This document shows positions 55,189 to 64,000 of a stretch of DNA of 64,000 bases, piece after piece. The notes under the pieces were generated by a model. It searched no databases. It saw only the letters and a program-made list of their open reading frames with translations, and was not told where the DNA came from. The DNA comes from Chloropicon primus (Eukaryota), in the NCBI GenBank assembly GCA_023205875.1, contig CP060754.1, forward strand, positions 1,240,001 through 1,304,000, given 5' to 3'. Positions within the stretch are counted from its first letter, which is position 1; each line of letters opens with the position of its first letter. The translations under genes were made by a program, and so were the position numbers.

Positions 55189-56040
55189 CCTCGCTCTATC
55201 CTCGCGGGTTCTCGGGTCTCGAAGACTACGCGTCCGACCGGCGGTGCCTTCCCATCCCGCGCCACTCCTCGATCTCGACCTTGCCTTGCCTTGCCTTCGA
55301 TCGAACAGTGGTGGTGTCGCGATGGCCATGGGAGAAACCACTTTGTTCAGCAAAAGTCCTCGCCACAAAAGTCAAATCTTGCGTTGGAGAGCTCGTTCGA
55401 AAGAGAATCGCGCGATGCTTTCGCCTGGACGGATCCCAGACGCGCCTCACCCCGTGTTCGCACGGTGTCACTCACCTAAGGTCGTGTCCTCCCGCGATCG
55501 TTCTCGATTTCCCGCGCGCAGAGACCCCTCTCTCCTCCTCTCTCTGTTTGAATTTTCGTGTACATTTTCCATTGTACGAGAGGGACTAAAAATTGTACGA
55601 TTCCCTCGCATGACGTTACTTTTCCCCAAGATTTTTCGGACATCGTACAAGATGGCGCTCTTCGTGGAAATGTTCCCTATCACGTTACTTTTACCAGGGA
55701 AGCGGAGAACGACTGAGAATGGAGATTCGTTGAGGGGATTGATTGAGAGAGCGATCGAGTCAGACGACGCGGAGGAGAATGCAACGCTGCTCTCTGGAAG
55801 GGAAGCCGATGACGCGGTAGCACAGGCAAAGGAGTTCTTGAGACAGGGAGCGACGACACTGATACGGATACCGGAATACTGGAAGCGAGGAGACCAAGCG
55901 TCTCGTCTCGTCTCGTCTCTCGTGCGGTGAAAGACGGGCTCTCTTTCTTCCCCTTTGTCTTTGTTTTTCTTTCTTTTTGGGGGAGGAGGAGGAGGAAGAC
56001 TACGAGGAGTCAGAAACGAAACGAAAGAACTTGAGGCGCC

Positions 56041-57729
56041 ATGGCTCTTTCCATTGAAGGGAACAGGGCTGGACGAAAGTACCAGGAAACGTTCAGGAGC
56101 TTTCGTCCGAAAGGGTCGGGCTCGAAGCTCTTCGAGCCCGAGGGTGCGGGAGAGTATCAGTACCAAGGTCACCAGCTACGGAGCCCTCCCAGTGCCACCA
56201 GCTACCTGAGCCCCTTGAAGCCCGGGAGCTCGCACTCCAGGGCCAGCAGCAGGAACAACCCGGACAGGCTTCTCAAGTCGAGGCAGAAGACCCCTGGAGC
56301 GAGCAGCAGCAGCCGCGGGAGCAGCAGGCTCGGCCACGGGATTGGAAACGAGGCGCGGGAGAGGCACTTGCCCCCGTCCCGTGAAAAGACCAAGAGTCGG
56401 AGCAAGAGCGTGAAGAAGGAGAAGAAGCCTCTCATTTCGTCGAGGGAAGGGCACGGCCCTCCCACCGGCGTGGGGGTGTCGTATGAGCACCGGCCCGCCT
56501 CGCGGTCCGCCTCGCGGTCCGCTTCTCGGATGTCAGACAGGTCAGAAAGGTCGCCTGCCACGAGCCCGGGAGACTTTGAGATGCCTGGGACGTCGTTCAA
56601 TCGGCTCGAGCAGTCCCTCGAGAGCATCACCCTCAGCGACTACATGTCAAACCTCCTGAGGAAGAACCACAACAAGTCCAGGCAGTCCACTCCGCAGAGT
56701 GACTTGGGCGACGAGGACGTGAGGCCGCAGAGCGTGGAGCACCTGGAGATGCAGTGCGACATTGAAGACAACAACAACTTCAGCAGCAGGGAGGGGTCCG
56801 CGAACGGGAGGCTGAGGTCCATGCTCTCCCGCGGGCAGTCCAGGAAGGGAAGGCCGCCCACGAACCCGAGCTCCCTTACGAACCAGAACAACTGGCTGCT
56901 GAGCGACAACAGGAGCAAGGAGTTCGAGATGGACTTCAGGCCCGCAACTGCCTCGGACAGAATAGTCACAAGGGGTGACACCTACTCGGACCCTCTACTT
57001 ACGATGGACACGCACGTCACGACGAAGGAGGTCGATCTGTCTGCCTTGTCCGCGGACTTCTTTTCTCCGACGAAGAAGAAGAACAGGAAGAAGCCCGCGG
57101 GCGGCGCGGGCCCGAAGAGGCCTCCGAGCCAGATGAGCAGAAAGGTCAGGGGGGACAGGTCCCCGGACCAGCTGGACATTGGTGGCATCTCCGGCGCGGG
57201 GGTGGGGCCCAACCCCGCCATGGGCGAGGAGGAGCCCAGCCCCGGGGAGGACAAGGGGGGGGAGGGGGACGACGACGCCGAGGAGAGGGAGAGGGGGGAC
57301 GACGGCGGCCTGGGATCGATTGACTACGACTACCCCGTCGTCGGGAGCAGGAGAAAGCCTCAGAGCGCAAGGGCGATGCTGGAGGGCTGGCAGAAGAGGA
57401 TGAACGAAATGGAACGGCCTCCCTCCAGGCAGAGGCCGCCTCCGGAGTCCCTCCACCTCTACGCCGAAGGCTTTGCGGCGAGAATCTCCAACGTGAAGCG
57501 GCCAAGCACCGCGGTCTCCCCGAGCAGGCACAACAGGCAGGCGGACAAGGACTCCAAGCTCTTTGCCGCGTACTACAACAAGAAGAAGGACTCCCAGAGC
57601 TTGAGGGAGAACCTGAGGGGCCAGAGCCCCACGATCAAATACTCTTCGTACGAGGGGGAAAGCATCCGAGCGCCGAGCCGCAGGGGGAGGAAGAAGAGGG
57701 TCAAGGAAGCCTTCGCCACGAAGGAGTAG
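56041..57729 (+). CDS. Low-complexity, probably disordered hypothetical protein (RPxS/T motifs)
   Basis: 562-aa ORF with strong codon bias; RPASR, RPATAS, RPPSR, RPSTA. Confidence 0.8.
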   Translation: MALSIEGNRAGRKYQETFRSFRPKGSGSKLFEPEGAGEYQYQGHQLRSPPSATSYLSPLKPGSSHSRASSRNNPDRLLKSRQKTPGASSSSRGSSRLGHGIGNEARERHLPPSREKTKSRSKSVKKEKKPLISSREGHGPPTGVGVSYEHRPASRSASRSASRMSDRSERSPATSPGDFEMPGTSFNRLEQSLESITLSDYMSNLLRKNHNKSRQSTPQSDLGDEDVRPQSVEHLEMQCDIEDNNNFSSREGSANGRLRSMLSRGQSRKGRPPTNPSSLTNQNNWLLSDNRSKEFEMDFRPATASDRIVTRGDTYSDPLLTMDTHVTTKEVDLSALSADFFSPTKKKNRKKPAGGAGPKRPPSQMSRKVRGDRSPDQLDIGGISGAGVGPNPAMGEEEPSPGEDKGGEGDDDAEERERGDDGGLGSIDYDYPVVGSRRKPQSARAMLEGWQKRMNEMERPPSRQRPPPESLHLYAEGFAARISNVKRPSTAVSPSRHNRQADKDSKLFAAYYNKKKDSQSLRENLRGQSPTIKYSSYEGESIRAPSRRGRKKRVKEAFATKE

Positions 57730-57831
57730 TAGCAGTAGTAGTAGCAGTAGTAGCAGAAAAATAATAATAGGAAAACGCAAGTGTATGTTTCAGTAGTGGT
57801 ATATGTTAGAAATCTTGTTGCTGCTGCTGAG

Positions 57832-58146
57832 TCAGTGCTTTCTCCTCCTCCTCGAGCTCCTCCCTCGTTCTGCGCACCACTCGGACTCGATCAAGTCGGC
57901 GAGGAAGTCCCTCTTCTTCTTCAAGACCTCCTCTTCTTCCCTGTAAGGGCAAGAGGGATCACCGCAAACACCACCACGATCATCATCAACAACACCAGCA
58001 GCATCAATAGATGTCTGTCTCAGATCTTTGGCGAGCGCCTCTCCCAGTGCAATGGCGTTGGACTCCACCTGGCTTCGAAACCTGAACCCAAGCTTGAGCG
58101 AGGAAGGCAGACGGGACTCCATGCCAAGACAAGGACGTTCCGCCAT
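57832..58146 (-). CDS. Small hypothetical protein (104 aa)
   Basis: ATG-initiated ORF, convergent on the previous gene; no family recognised. Confidence 0.45.
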   Translation of the reverse strand: MAERPCLGMESRLPSSLKLGFRFRSQVESNAIALGEALAKDLRQTSIDAAGVVDDDRGGVCGDPSCPYREEEEVLKKKRDFLADLIESEWCAERGRSSRRRRKH

Positions 58147-58258
58147 TGCATTGACGTTGGCCTTGGCCTTGGCCTTGGCCTCTCATCGATTCTTGCCCTG
58201 CTGGGATGACATGACGCATCGCAACGAAGAAAAGAGAAAGAAGGCGAGGCGAGGCATC

Positions 58259-58657
58259 ATGGAGCCGGTGCAGAAGGTTGCTGGGTTGCACAGCGCGGTG
58301 GCGCGGTCCCTGGCGGCGGACTTGGAGCGGGACTTGAGCTCCAAGGACACTCTCGGGCTTCTGGAGAACTGCAAGGCTCTGTTGGGGGCGAGCGAGGACA
58401 GCGCGAACAGGGTGACGACCGCGATCGAGGAGGCCACGGCCACGACCACGGGGCGGGCTCGCTCGAGGGACGGGGGCGAGAGCGCGGGCGCGCTAAGGGA
58501 GCGGCTGGAGGAGGCCCTTGCCGTCGAGGAGAAGACCAAGCTCCAGCTCGAGGCGAGGGAGAATGTGTACATAAACAGGCGCCTGGAGGTGCAGAACGAG
58601 TTGCACGCCAGGGTCGAGGAGCAGGACGAGAGGTTGAAAGCGAGCCGCCTGGTGTGA
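58259..58657 (+). CDS. Small coiled-coil hypothetical protein (132 aa)
   Basis: High-GC3 ORF with helical, charged composition. Confidence 0.65.
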   Translation: MEPVQKVAGLHSAVARSLAADLERDLSSKDTLGLLENCKALLGASEDSANRVTTAIEEATATTTGRARSRDGGESAGALRERLEEALAVEEKTKLQLEARENVYINRRLEVQNELHARVEEQDERLKASRLV

Positions 58658-58918
58658 CCGATGCGGAGAGACGGTGAGGGGGGAGGGGGGGGAGGGTCGC
58701 AGCAAAAGATCAACGACGACTCTCTTTCGGTCAAAAAACAATGTGTGTGTATGTATATGATTTGTATTTTTTTTGCTATTGATATGGAATCGTTCGTTCG
58801 TTCGTTCGTTCGTTCGTTCGTCGTGTTTTGAGCATTCGTGTGTTGTTTTTGCGTCCTCGAAAGAAAATAAACCCGGCAAGACTCGACGTACAGAACCCCC
58901 CTCCTGCACGTCCTCCCG

Positions 58919-59542
58919 CTACTCCCCCTTCCGCGAGGACGACGACGACGACGACGACGACGACTTGTTGTTGCTGCCCTGGGAGCTCAGGATGAGGAAC
59001 GTGGACCAGAGGAACCCCACGCCGTTCATGAACAGGACTCTGAGCTCCGGAGGGACCAGGCTGTAGTTCGCGATCGAGGCCAGCGGCCAAACCTTGTAGG
59101 CGTTGAGCTGGACGGACAGGAACTGCTTCTTCACCTTGGCCTTCAGGTCCCCCAAGGTTTTCCCCTCCACCAGGAGCGTGATGAAGGACATCATGGCCAA
59201 GTTCGCCACGGGGCCGTACACGCTCTGGTCGAAGAACGCCTTCTCGAGCACGAGGCGAAGGTTCTGCCTCCTCCCCCGGAACCTCCCCTCCAAGAACTTC
59301 TGCCAGTAGTGCAGCCCAGGCCCCGCCCACACCAGGCCGAACAAAGCCATCAGCGCCGCCCTCCTGGAGTCCACCCTCTTCGCCCCCGAGAGTTTCTGGG
59401 CCACCGCATCACTGCACCCCTGGATGCACGCCGCGGTCACCGCCTTCGTCCGCACCGGATCCCTCTCCAGCTTGCGCAGGTACAGCCCCCAAGCCACCTC
59501 CAGCACACCCCCACCCCCACGCGACGACGACGACGACGACAT
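58919..59542 (-). CDS. Mpv17/PMP22 family membrane protein
   Basis: YLRKLERDPVRTKAVT, DAVAQ, FFDQSVYGP, KVWPLASIANYSLVP..LRVLF. Confidence 0.93.
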   Translation of the reverse strand: MSSSSSSRGGGGVLEVAWGLYLRKLERDPVRTKAVTAACIQGCSDAVAQKLSGAKRVDSRRAALMALFGLVWAGPGLHYWQKFLEGRFRGRRQNLRLVLEKAFFDQSVYGPVANLAMMSFITLLVEGKTLGDLKAKVKKQFLSVQLNAYKVWPLASIANYSLVPPELRVLFMNGVGFLWSTFLILSSQGSNNKSSSSSSSSSSRKGE

Positions 59543-60016
59543 GATGTTGGATTGATGGATTGATGGTTTGATTGATGTTCTTCTTCTCTGTGTAATCGCT
59601 TCGGGACAATGCTGAGCACGACTTAGAACCCTCGCGAGATCCTGCGCAACGATTGGAGAAGACGAAACGAAAAAAGCCGCCAGCGCTTCTGCCTCTCGTG
59701 CTCAGGCTTTAATCTTCTCTCGAGCCGGCCGTCCTTGCCCTGGCCCGCGGATAATTAACGTCTTTGACTTAACTCGCGTTTTCCAATGTGTAACGCACGT
59801 GTTTTTTCGATGGCCTCGAGGTCCAGTGGTGGAGCGCCCGAGGGGCTTGAAGATAACGTGCGGCCGCTTGAAGAGAAAAAAGAAACGTACGTAACGCCTC
59901 ACCTCGCCTCGCCGCTCGGCCTTGCGTACCGTAGTACATGACGACAAGAAGTGTGAGTGTGTGTTTTGGTGTTCGTGAGACGAAGACGACGAAGACGACG
60001 ACGAAGACGACGGCGT

Positions 60017-61483
60017 ATGGATCTTGTTGTTGTGCCCGGCGGAGACGTCGCCGGCTCCAAGGTTGTTGAGGCGACCCCGCCGAAACCGCCCGTCCTCCAC
60101 GACGACGACGACGACTGCGGCGGCAGTGTGGAGGAGAACCTCGATGGCGAAGTCAAGGTCGGATGTCCGCCGCCTTACCACGTGGGGGCGGCCCAGTCCG
60201 CCACGCTCTGCCTGGCGCGGGAGGCGGCCCCGACGACGCAGCTCGTGAGGCCCAAGGCGATGAGGGGCGGCGGCACCACTGGCGCGACGACTGTCGCCCC
60301 CAGCCACAACAGCAACAACAGCAACAAGAACAACGAGTGCTCCCCCCAAACGTATGTGGGCCCTGCTGGGGAGGCCGCAGCGAGGGCTCTGGAGTGGGGG
60401 AACGTGCTCGCGGCGAACGCCCACTTCCTCGGCATGCTGCAGGTGCACCACCAGCAGCAGGCGGCCATGGGCTTGTGGCCCCTGATGGGGGCCATGGGCG
60501 CGGCGGGCCTCCTCGGGGCGTACAACCCCCTCGAGAGCCTCCCCCCCTTTGGCCTGGCGAGGACCAAGTCGGAGACCACGAGCAAGGACTCCGTGACGGT
60601 GCCCTTGGACGTCAGTAAGAGGGCGTCGGCGGCGGACCACGCGGCCCCCCTGAGCCCGCAGGCCGCCACCCAAAAGTACGCCGCCAAGGTCAGGAGGGTG
60701 TGCAGCGGGGAGGTCGTCGAGGGGGCCAAGCGCCCCTCCGCCAAGCAGCAGGATCCCCCCTCCCCCTCCCCGAAGAAGAGGAGGAGCAACGCGGGGAAGC
60801 CCCAAGCGGTTCGGGAGTCCCTCACCTCCAAGTACCGCGGGGTCAGTCAGCACCGGCTCACCGGGCGGTGGGAGGCCTCCATCTGGGTCCAGAAGAAGCA
60901 GGTGTACCTCGGGGGATACGACGAGGAGGAGAAGGCCGCGAGGGCCTACGACATCGCGGCCCTGAGGTGCAAGGGGGACGGCGCCAGGCTGAACTTGGGG
61001 TCCGATCAGTTCGACGAGGAGAAGCTCAAGGAGATCCACGGCACGCCCTTCCCCGACCTCGTGGCGAAGCTGCGGAGGGAAAGCAGCGCGTTCAGCCGCG
61101 GCAAGTCCAAGTACCGCGGGGTGTCCGGCCACAAGGTCGCCACGAGCTTCCACAGGCCGTGGGAGGCCAGGATAGGCCGGTTCGAGGGAAAGAAGAACGT
61201 GTTCCTCGGCCTGTTCGAGACGGAGGAGGAGGCCGCGAGGCAGTACGACCGAGCACTCATCATCTCCAAGGGCCTGAACGCGAAGACGAACTTTGACATC
61301 AAGGAGTACGAGGCGGAGGCGACGGCGACGGGAGTGCTCGAGGGCGAGCGAGCCGGGGGCCAGGAGGACAAGAGGGAGGGGTCTAGGCTCGGGCGATCGG
61401 TGCCTGACCTCAAGTTGATGCTCAGAAAGTTCTTTCTCGGCAAGGGGGCCGAGAACTCCTCCGGGACGGAGTCGTTGCAATAA
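60017..61483 (+). CDS. Double-AP2-domain transcription factor (AP2/ANT/WRI1-like)
   Basis: [28 protein letters not shown], linker [18 protein letters not shown], second domain WEARIG..AARQYD. Confidence 0.93.
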   Translation: MDLVVVPGGDVAGSKVVEATPPKPPVLHDDDDDCGGSVEENLDGEVKVGCPPPYHVGAAQSATLCLAREAAPTTQLVRPKAMRGGGTTGATTVAPSHNSNNSNKNNECSPQTYVGPAGEAAARALEWGNVLAANAHFLGMLQVHHQQQAAMGLWPLMGAMGAAGLLGAYNPLESLPPFGLARTKSETTSKDSVTVPLDVSKRASAADHAAPLSPQAATQKYAAKVRRVCSGEVVEGAKRPSAKQQDPPSPSPKKRRSNAGKPQAVRESLTSKYRGVSQHRLTGRWEASIWVQKKQVYLGGYDEEEKAARAYDIAALRCKGDGARLNLGSDQFDEEKLKEIHGTPFPDLVAKLRRESSAFSRGKSKYRGVSGHKVATSFHRPWEARIGRFEGKKNVFLGLFETEEEAARQYDRALIISKGLNAKTNFDIKEYEAEATATGVLEGERAGGQEDKREGSRLGRSVPDLKLMLRKFFLGKGAENSSGTESLQ

Positions 61484-61637
61484 ACACTACCAGGGGTTGA
61501 CCTCCACCCTCCCTGCCTCTCTCTCTCCCTCTCTCTCCCAATCCCAAGGGAGAAGGGGGTTCGCATACTACTCGTTTCCAACCTCCTCGGACAGCCGGTC
61601 ACATCAATGCAAGTGAAACCCCCTCCATCTTGCACAG

Positions 61638-62735
61638 ATGACCAACCTATTCCCTGCAGGCATTTGTTTGCAGGCCACTCTCGCTCTCGCAAAAAGTAAC
61701 GCCTGGCTGCTCGATCAAAGGCTCGGCTTGATGGTGGGGGAGCGCTGCGCGGACGACGGAAGCTTTGAGGGGGGGAGGCGACAGGAGAGGGAGGGGAGGT
61801 GGCTCCCGTACCGCGACGCGAACGCGGATGCGTCCGTCCGCCTGTTCCTCTTCCACTGGGGGGGATCCAGCGCCAGCGCGTACGCCCAGTGGGAACGCCT
61901 CGCGTTCGCGTCGTCGAGGGACGTGGAGACCTGCGCGGTGCAGATGCCTGGCCGCGAGGGGTTCGACGACTTGGGGCTGACAGGCGACGGAGTGACCCTG
62001 GCGGCTTTGGCGGAGGCACTCGTCTCGGATCTCGGGCACCTCTTCGGCCCGGACGAGCCGAAACCCGTTTTTTTTGGACACGGGACGGGGTCCTGGTTCG
62101 CCTTCGAGGTCGCCAGGCTGCTGGAGTCCAGGAGCGTCGTCGTCGACGACGACAACAGCGACGAGTCCGCGGGGGATCGCCTCCTCCCTCCCGTCGCCCT
62201 TTTCGTGTCCTGCTTCCCCGCCCCCGACATCCCGGTCGAGGACAGGCCGTGGCCAGCGCTTTCGGGCCTCGCGAGCGAGGCGGATCTCCGGAGGCACCTC
62301 GTTCAAGTTTGGGGGGTCCCGATCGAAGCGCTGAGGCCGCCGGCCCGGAAGCCCTTTCAGGAGGCTCTCCAGAGAGATTTGGGTCTCTTGGATGCCTACT
62401 TGTGCGTCCCGCCGGGGAGCAGCAAGGAGGCGGGTTCTTCGCCGCCGTCGTCGCAGGAGGTGGGAGGCGGCAAAGGCACGAGCGTGGGGGTCACCAAGCT
62501 GAAGTGCCCGATCAGTCTTTTCGTGAGCCGGGAAGACCCTTTTGTTGGGCCCATGACGGGATCTCCGGTGCTGATGGAAGCGTGGGGCAGGTTCACCCAA
62601 GTTGGAAAGATGTCTGTGGACATCTTTTATGGTGATCACTACTATTTGTGCGATAGGAAGATGGGGAACGACGTCGGCCGGGTCCTTCTGGAGAAAGTGC
62701 AGAAGATCGCTGACCTCGTCAGCTTTGAATTCTAA
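61638..62735 (+). CDS. Type II thioesterase-like alpha/beta hydrolase with nucleophile Ser replaced by Gly; start may be 61731
   Basis: RLFLFHWGGSSASAY, AVQMPGRE, VFFGHGTGSWFAFEVARLL, ALFVSC, GDHYY. Confidence 0.85.
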   Translation: MTNLFPAGICLQATLALAKSNAWLLDQRLGLMVGERCADDGSFEGGRRQEREGRWLPYRDANADASVRLFLFHWGGSSASAYAQWERLAFASSRDVETCAVQMPGREGFDDLGLTGDGVTLAALAEALVSDLGHLFGPDEPKPVFFGHGTGSWFAFEVARLLESRSVVVDDDNSDESAGDRLLPPVALFVSCFPAPDIPVEDRPWPALSGLASEADLRRHLVQVWGVPIEALRPPARKPFQEALQRDLGLLDAYLCVPPGSSKEAGSSPPSSQEVGGGKGTSVGVTKLKCPISLFVSREDPFVGPMTGSPVLMEAWGRFTQVGKMSVDIFYGDHYYLCDRKMGNDVGRVLLEKVQKIADLVSFEF

Positions 62736-63634
62736 GTCTAACACGGAATTACAGCCCGTTGGGACAGCAGCTGCTGCTCCATCGCATCGCCCTCCTTTCC
62801 TTCGGAGTCCTTCCTCCTGGACTTGCTGGGAAAACGCTCAAGAAATTTCCACAGGGAGAGAGAGACGAGAGAGAGACAGAGAGACGAGAGAGAGACAGAG
62901 AGACGAGAGAGAGAGAGAGAGCAAGTCCAAGAAGTCCAAGTCCCTTCGTCTTCTTCTTGAACATTCTTCTTGGGATCCCAAGACCTGTTTAGCGCGACAC
63001 ACGATGAAGACCATGCCGAGGTATACAAGCAAGAAACAAAACAAAACTCAAAACTCAAGACACTCGGTGCCTGGGATCTGCATGAGAAATGTACAAGACC
63101 AAGACGCCCCTTCGTCTTTTGGACTTTGTTGTAGCCCTCCCTTTCCCTTTCCCTTGGTACCCTCCAATTAACGTGGTCTTGCTCTGCTCTGCTTTCCTCT
63201 AAGTAACTCCAAGGCTCCCTCCACTTTCCGTGCAGAAGGAAAGGACGAGGGCACTCCTGTCTTCCCGTCCTCTCTCAAGCCAAAGCCAAGGACAGAGACC
63301 AAGCGCTAGCTGTGTGTGCGTGGGTGGGGGCAAGGCACGACCTTGTTGGAAGGGATGAAGACAGAGAACAGGTTGACCAGCGGACCCTAAAAGAACTCAA
63401 GGGGTGGCGACGCACAACACCTGATATATCAGGTCGTGGACGGAGGAAGAGGGGAAACCCATCAACACCACAGTGAACCCAAAGGTTGGATCTTTGCAAA
63501 GATGAAGACGTGCACGCAGGGATAGAACTTGGCGAAGAGACAGAAAGGTCCCCTTGGGAGGAACGCAAAGGCGGGCGATCTAACTATTGATACGGCACAG
63601 GCACAGGTAGTACCACACTCGCTTAAGCGTCGCC

Positions 63635-64000
63635 ATGAAGGACGGAGGACGTCAGAAGATCGTGTCGCCCCGCATCAGCGTCATGAAGGGGATGCAAGGG
63701 CAGCAAATGAAGGAGCTGGGGAGGCGCCAGTCCGCCTTCACGCTGGAATACAGGCAGCTGAGGACGGAAGCCGACGAGCACGTGTTCAAGACTGCCCTGA
63801 ACAAAGTAAAGAAGCTCTTCACCGGGAACAAGATTGGTGTGAACGACAAACACATTGTGGAGGAGGAGGACCTTCCTGCTCCGAGGCGCAACAGGCCCCG
63901 GTCGATGTCCGTCCAAGAGGACCTCCTTTCCGATAAGCTGAACCAGCCAACCTTTATGTTCAACCCCATTGGGCACACCAAGATGGCGTGGGACGCTTTT
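63635..64000 (+). CDS. 5' part of a gene, possibly a cyclic-nucleotide-binding-domain cation channel (truncated by window)
   Basis: Open frame from GCCATGAAG to the window end; ends FMFNPIGHTKMAWDAF, resembling the pre-S1 motif of KCNH/HCN/CNG-type channels. Confidence 0.55.
   Translation, partial: MKDGGRQKIVSPRISVMKGMQGQQMKELGRRQSAFTLEYRQLRTEADEHVFKTALNKVKKLFTGNKIGVNDKHIVEEEDLPAPRRNRPRSMSVQEDLLSDKLNQPTFMFNPIGHTKMAWDAF

Noticed and set aside
55244..55930. 228-aa plus-strand ORF
   Set aside because: It crosses a promoter-like region with motif clusters, has no coding-like bias or known motif, and is more likely 5' flank of the 56041 gene.

Overview
Gene-dense, intron-poor eukaryotic nuclear DNA with high GC in coding regions. 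It has GT-AG introns, (GA)n microsatellites and TGTAA motifs just downstream of many stop codons. TGTAA is the chlorophyte poly(A) signal, and there are plastid-type genes and an AP2 factor, so the source is most likely a compact picoplanktonic green alga (inference). About 33 protein-coding genes can be traced, several only after splicing by hand (SSXT/GIF, MAT1, VIR, CPSF2, CMS1, pLGIC, LRR-Sfi1). No tRNA, rRNA, CRISPR array or transposase was recognised. Highlights: (1) a cobalamin-dependent methionine synthase with a nearly identical 2100-nt internal duplication of its Hcy and folate domains; (2) a tandem pair of class I heme peroxidase-ankyrin fusions with a homogenised core, where only one copy has a PTS1 (-SRL); (3) a Cys-less pentameric ligand-gated channel with an extra Cys-rich and SAM-like N-terminal region; (4) an ABI-like protein with poly-Pro repeats and a WH2-like motif; (5) an ICE2/NARG2-CCCH fusion; (6) a ~2 kb AT-rich gene-free island, a candidate centromere; (7) a thioesterase lacking its catalytic Ser. 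All family calls are by eye from motifs; no database search was run.
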